Part shown: one piece after another, positions 60,700 through 64,000 of the stretch
Numbering within the stretch: position 1 is the stretch's first letter
Layout of the letters: every line of letters starts with the position of its first letter
Assembly: GCF_001194135.2 (NCBI RefSeq)
Contig: NC_069002.1
Coordinates: forward strand, 17,071,423-17,135,422
DNA from: Octopus bimaculoides
Taxonomy: Eukaryota
Direction: 5' to 3'
Length of the DNA stretch: 64,000 nucleotides
Notes under the pieces: generated by a model
The model's database searches: none
Seen by the model: only the letters and a program-made list of their open reading frames with translations
What the model was told of the DNA's origin: nothing
Made by a program: the position numbers and the translations under genes

Positions 60700-61100
60700 A
60701 TTTTATAATACATAATACTTCATCAAGACTTGACAAAGTGGACCCCTTCAAGTACTTAGGATCCACTTTAACCAAGGATGGCAGATCTGAAAAGAAGATA
60801 ACAAGACTCAGTTTAGCTTCTGCTGCTATGACAAAGCTGAACACCATATGGAAAAGCAATCTCATTACTTTTCCAGTAATACTCATAGTGTACAAGTCCC
60901 TGATGGGATGTCCTTCTGGATGGATGCAAGAATTGGACTCTTACAGCTAACATGGAGCAAAGAATCTAGGCATTTGAGCACAAGTGCTTCAGAAGGCTGT
61001 TACAAATCCAATATACAGAACACAAAATGAACAGCTTTGTCAGGCAGCAAGTCAACAAATATACTCTCAGACAGGAACCACTTCTTGCACAGGTGAAAAG
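60700..61100 (+). mobile_element. RTE-group LINE RT C-terminal fragment
   Basis: VDPFKYLGSTLTKDGRSEK.I.RL..ASAAM.KLN.IWKS. Confidence 0.75.
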
Positions 61101-61299
61101 ACAAGATACATTGAGGCAGATTTCCAATAACCAGATGCTCTAGCTGTTGCCAACCCTCCCCTGTATTCAAGCAAGGCGATATTTTTCCTTAGTCCAGGCA
61201 ATTTTTCATGGGAGATTATATAAAGAAAAAGATACCATTTATATGATGGTGACATTGTTGACAATAAGTAATGTCAAATAGACATGAATACATACACAC

Positions 61300-61334
<35 letters not shown>

Positions 61335-61349
61335 NNNNNNNNNNCACAC

Positions 61350-61392
<43 letters not shown>

Positions 61393-62259
61393 AGCATCTT
61401 TTCAGTTTCTCTTTACTAAATTCACTAATATGGCTTTGGTTCACATGAGCTATAGTAGAAGATACCATAGAGTGGGACTGAATCTGAAACCATGAGACTG
61501 CAAAGCAAAGTTTTTACCTACACAGCCATGCTATGTTAATATATATTGTATATATGTGTATCTTTGGAAACCATTGGGACAGTAAGAGAATATGTTAGTC
61601 AGGGCAGAATGGGTAGTACTCTTAGCCTATGTAGGCTCTCCCAGACCAGTGAGACTGATGACTGACGAACCTGGTAACTGATGAAAGCAATGATTGGCAA
61701 GACTGATGACCAGTTTGGATTAGATTAGAAGGAGAAAGAGGATTCAGTGTTTCCTCCTCCTCCTCCTCCTCTCATGTCTTTGCACAACCAACAGATGTGA
61801 CCTTCTATATTACATACTGCTAGAAATAATAGCTAATTCTTCCTCAACCCTTACACTAGCATCGTAAAAAAGAAGGAAAAGACACGATGTAGGAAATATT
61901 TAATGGCTCTTTGTAGATGTTTTTTGGGAGAGTGGAACCATGTAAGTTGTAGGTATGTTTAAATTTGTGTGTGCGTGAGTGCATGCATGTGTAGGTGTGT
62001 ATAGGTAAGTATAAATATGTATGCCTCTGTGTGTAGGTTTGTACAAATGTGTGTGTGTCTATGTATGTGTAAATATATGTAAGCCAGTGTGTGTTTCTAT
62101 AAACCTGTGTAAATGTGTATGCCCATGTGTGTGTGTGTGTAAATATGCATGCCAGTGAATTTATGTGTATGTAGGTATGTGTGAAAGTATGTGTATACTT
62201 TTTGTGTTTGTGTGTGTGTATTATTCACTTGGGTTTCTTTTCCATTTCACTTCTGGCAG

Positions 62260-62374
62260 GTAAAACCCTGTATAAACCAAGTGAACTTAGCAAGCTGCTG
62301 TACCATGCCTCCTGAGTTGATTGAATATGCCAAGGCTACAGACATACAGTTACTTACCCACAATGACCCTAAAG
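62260..62374 (+). CDS. GCLM: GCLM coding exon 6 (VKPCINQVNLASCCTMPPELIEYAKATDIQLLTHNDPK)
   Basis: Near-identical to the GCLM motif VKP..NQVNLASCCVMPPDL..FAK..DIQLLTHNDPK; canonical splice sites. Confidence 0.97.
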
Positions 62375-62719
62375 GTATTCATCTTGCTTTTCTTTTATTA
62401 TATTCTTGTACTTGTTACAACCTTTGGGCTGCAGCTATGCTGGGACACCTACCTTCAGATAGTTTAGTTAAGTGATTTTAAAAATCTCAGAAGTGCAATT
62501 TAGAAGACTTCAGCTGACCAACTTGGCAAGAAAGAGCATCGTGATGCTGAACAAGAATACAGACAACATAGAACAGAGGAGAATAGCAGAAGACACAATA
62601 GGTCATCTAACCATCTCAAGCAAGTAACAAAAAAAAAAAAGGCAGTGCTTGAATTTGAACAACATCATCATCATCATCATCGTTTAACGTCCGCTTTCCA
62701 TGCTAGCATGGGTTGGACG

Positions 62720-63330
62720 ATATAGCAACCAACCCTGACAACAAAGTGTTCTGGAAATATTGTACTTTCGAAGCAGAGACCTCATTTTCCAGTTGACCCT
62801 CTTTGCAATCCCCACACAAGTCGGATTACTGATGATCCCAAAGAATGCACAGAACTTATTGCTGACTACTATGCTGGCATTTTTACTGTTGATAATCCAA
62901 ATGTAGCATCTTCACCACCTCTGTAACATTTGTAAAATTTGCACCTACAACTGTGACACCACCTCAGGAATAAACGCAATTATGCCTCTCCTGGTTTTGA
63001 TGGCATTACTTATCTGTTTCTCAAACGTGGTGGGTTCTTTCATTTACACCAGCTTTCATTCTTTTTTCAATTCTGCCTTCAGAGCAGTGGAAAATTGCCA
63101 GCATCATTCTCATATTCAAAAAGGGTGATCACACCTCACCTGTCGACTATCATCCAGTCAGTCTTACTAGCTGCATCGCCAGACTGATGGAGTCCTATGT
63201 CAGAGAAACACTCTGGAACTTCTGGAGTTCTCACAGCCATATTCAGCCCTCACAATTTGGATTTATCCCTGACTCCAGCTGCTGTAGCCAACTCATCTAG
63301 TTTCTTGAAGAAACTACCGTCACTACCACT
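62720..63330 (+). mobile_element. CR1-group LINE fragment
   Basis: SPGFDGI, KGD.TSPVDYHPVSLTSCIARLME and QFGF.P.SSC.SQL remnants. Confidence 0.75.
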
Positions 63331-63898
63331 CTGTAATGGGACATAGCTCATACTATAAACTCATTCTTTATGAACAAGCTGATTTATTGGCAATTCTTTG
63401 CTGGCATACACACATACACATATAACCAAGGAGGAATTAGATAATCTAGGCTCTTACCTCAGGTAGCATTCACAGGATCAGCAGCTTGAAGTGTATGATG
63501 GAAAATTTTCTCCTGTGGAAACTTAGGTTTCAAATTAACAGAAAATCTATTGTTTGCTTATTGCAGAGTATAAACAAATGTGAAGAATGCTGTGTGACAT
63601 TATATTTATTCCATGGTTTTCATTTGTTTCAACAACAAGCAGACACTGGAGCATGATGTAATCCTCAAATCCATCAGATCCTAACAAACTGTCTAACCCA
63701 TGTTAGCATGGAAGATGGACATTAAAAAAATGATGATTTTGGTAGTGATAGTTGTGGTGGCTGCTGCTGTTTGTGTGTCTGTCTGTCACTGTGCATGTCA
63801 ACAAAGTCTACAAAAAGAAGAATATGTATTTAAGTTAACTTGTAAATTTGTCAGTATTTTTCTACCTTTTCTTTTTTCTCTTCATTTCTCTCTGGAAG

Positions 63899-64000
63899 CC
63901 ATGTTTCCTGATGCAACACTTCAAGAAATCATCCGAAGCTATACCACCCAGATGGATTCTGAGAACTGGTCAATGGAATGGGCTGTGTGTTATTCTGTTG
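63899..64000 (+). CDS. GCLM: GCLM coding exon 7, partial (AMFPDATLQEIIRSYTTQMDSENWSMEWAVCYSV...)
   Basis: Long pyrimidine tract plus AAG acceptor in phase 1; W...W...YSV motif. Truncated by the window end. Confidence 0.88.

Noticed and set aside
61650-61712. Repeated CTGATGA motifs as hammerheads (also 236, 26734, 43168 and 62829)
   Set aside because: No stem II followed by GAAA and no closing stem I.

Overview
This is AT-rich animal genomic DNA with many microsatellites, SINEs and N gaps. The repeat content looks like an Octopus (coleoid cephalopod) scaffold, which is my inference. Two spliced protein-coding genes can be rebuilt by hand with consistent intron phases. LRRC27 lies on the minus strand with 10 coding exons (22578->2046; 1557 nt, 518 aa) and a polyQ-rich exon. 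GCLM (glutamate-cysteine ligase modifier subunit) lies on the plus strand with 7 coding exons from 35784 and runs off the window end. Introns and intergenic DNA hold decayed mariner/maT/piggyBac DNA transposons, CR1, RTE, Tx1-like and R4-like LINE fragments, tRNA-headed SINEs, and at least four Penelope-like elements (PLEs). The most unusual signals are: (i) several minimal hammerhead-ribozyme motifs, one inside a tRNA-headed SINE-like unit abutting a PLE ORF; (ii) a Naiad-type PLE whose GIY-YIG nuclease is split by a ~138-codon Thr-rich insert; (iii) several long inverted repeats inside transcribed introns; (iv) three CpG-rich promoter-like islands, one inside an LRRC27 intron; (v) a full-consensus antioxidant response element in a SINE remnant upstream of GCLM. 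No CRISPR array, rRNA or intact tRNA gene is supported. All family assignments come from motif recognition by eye; no database search was run.
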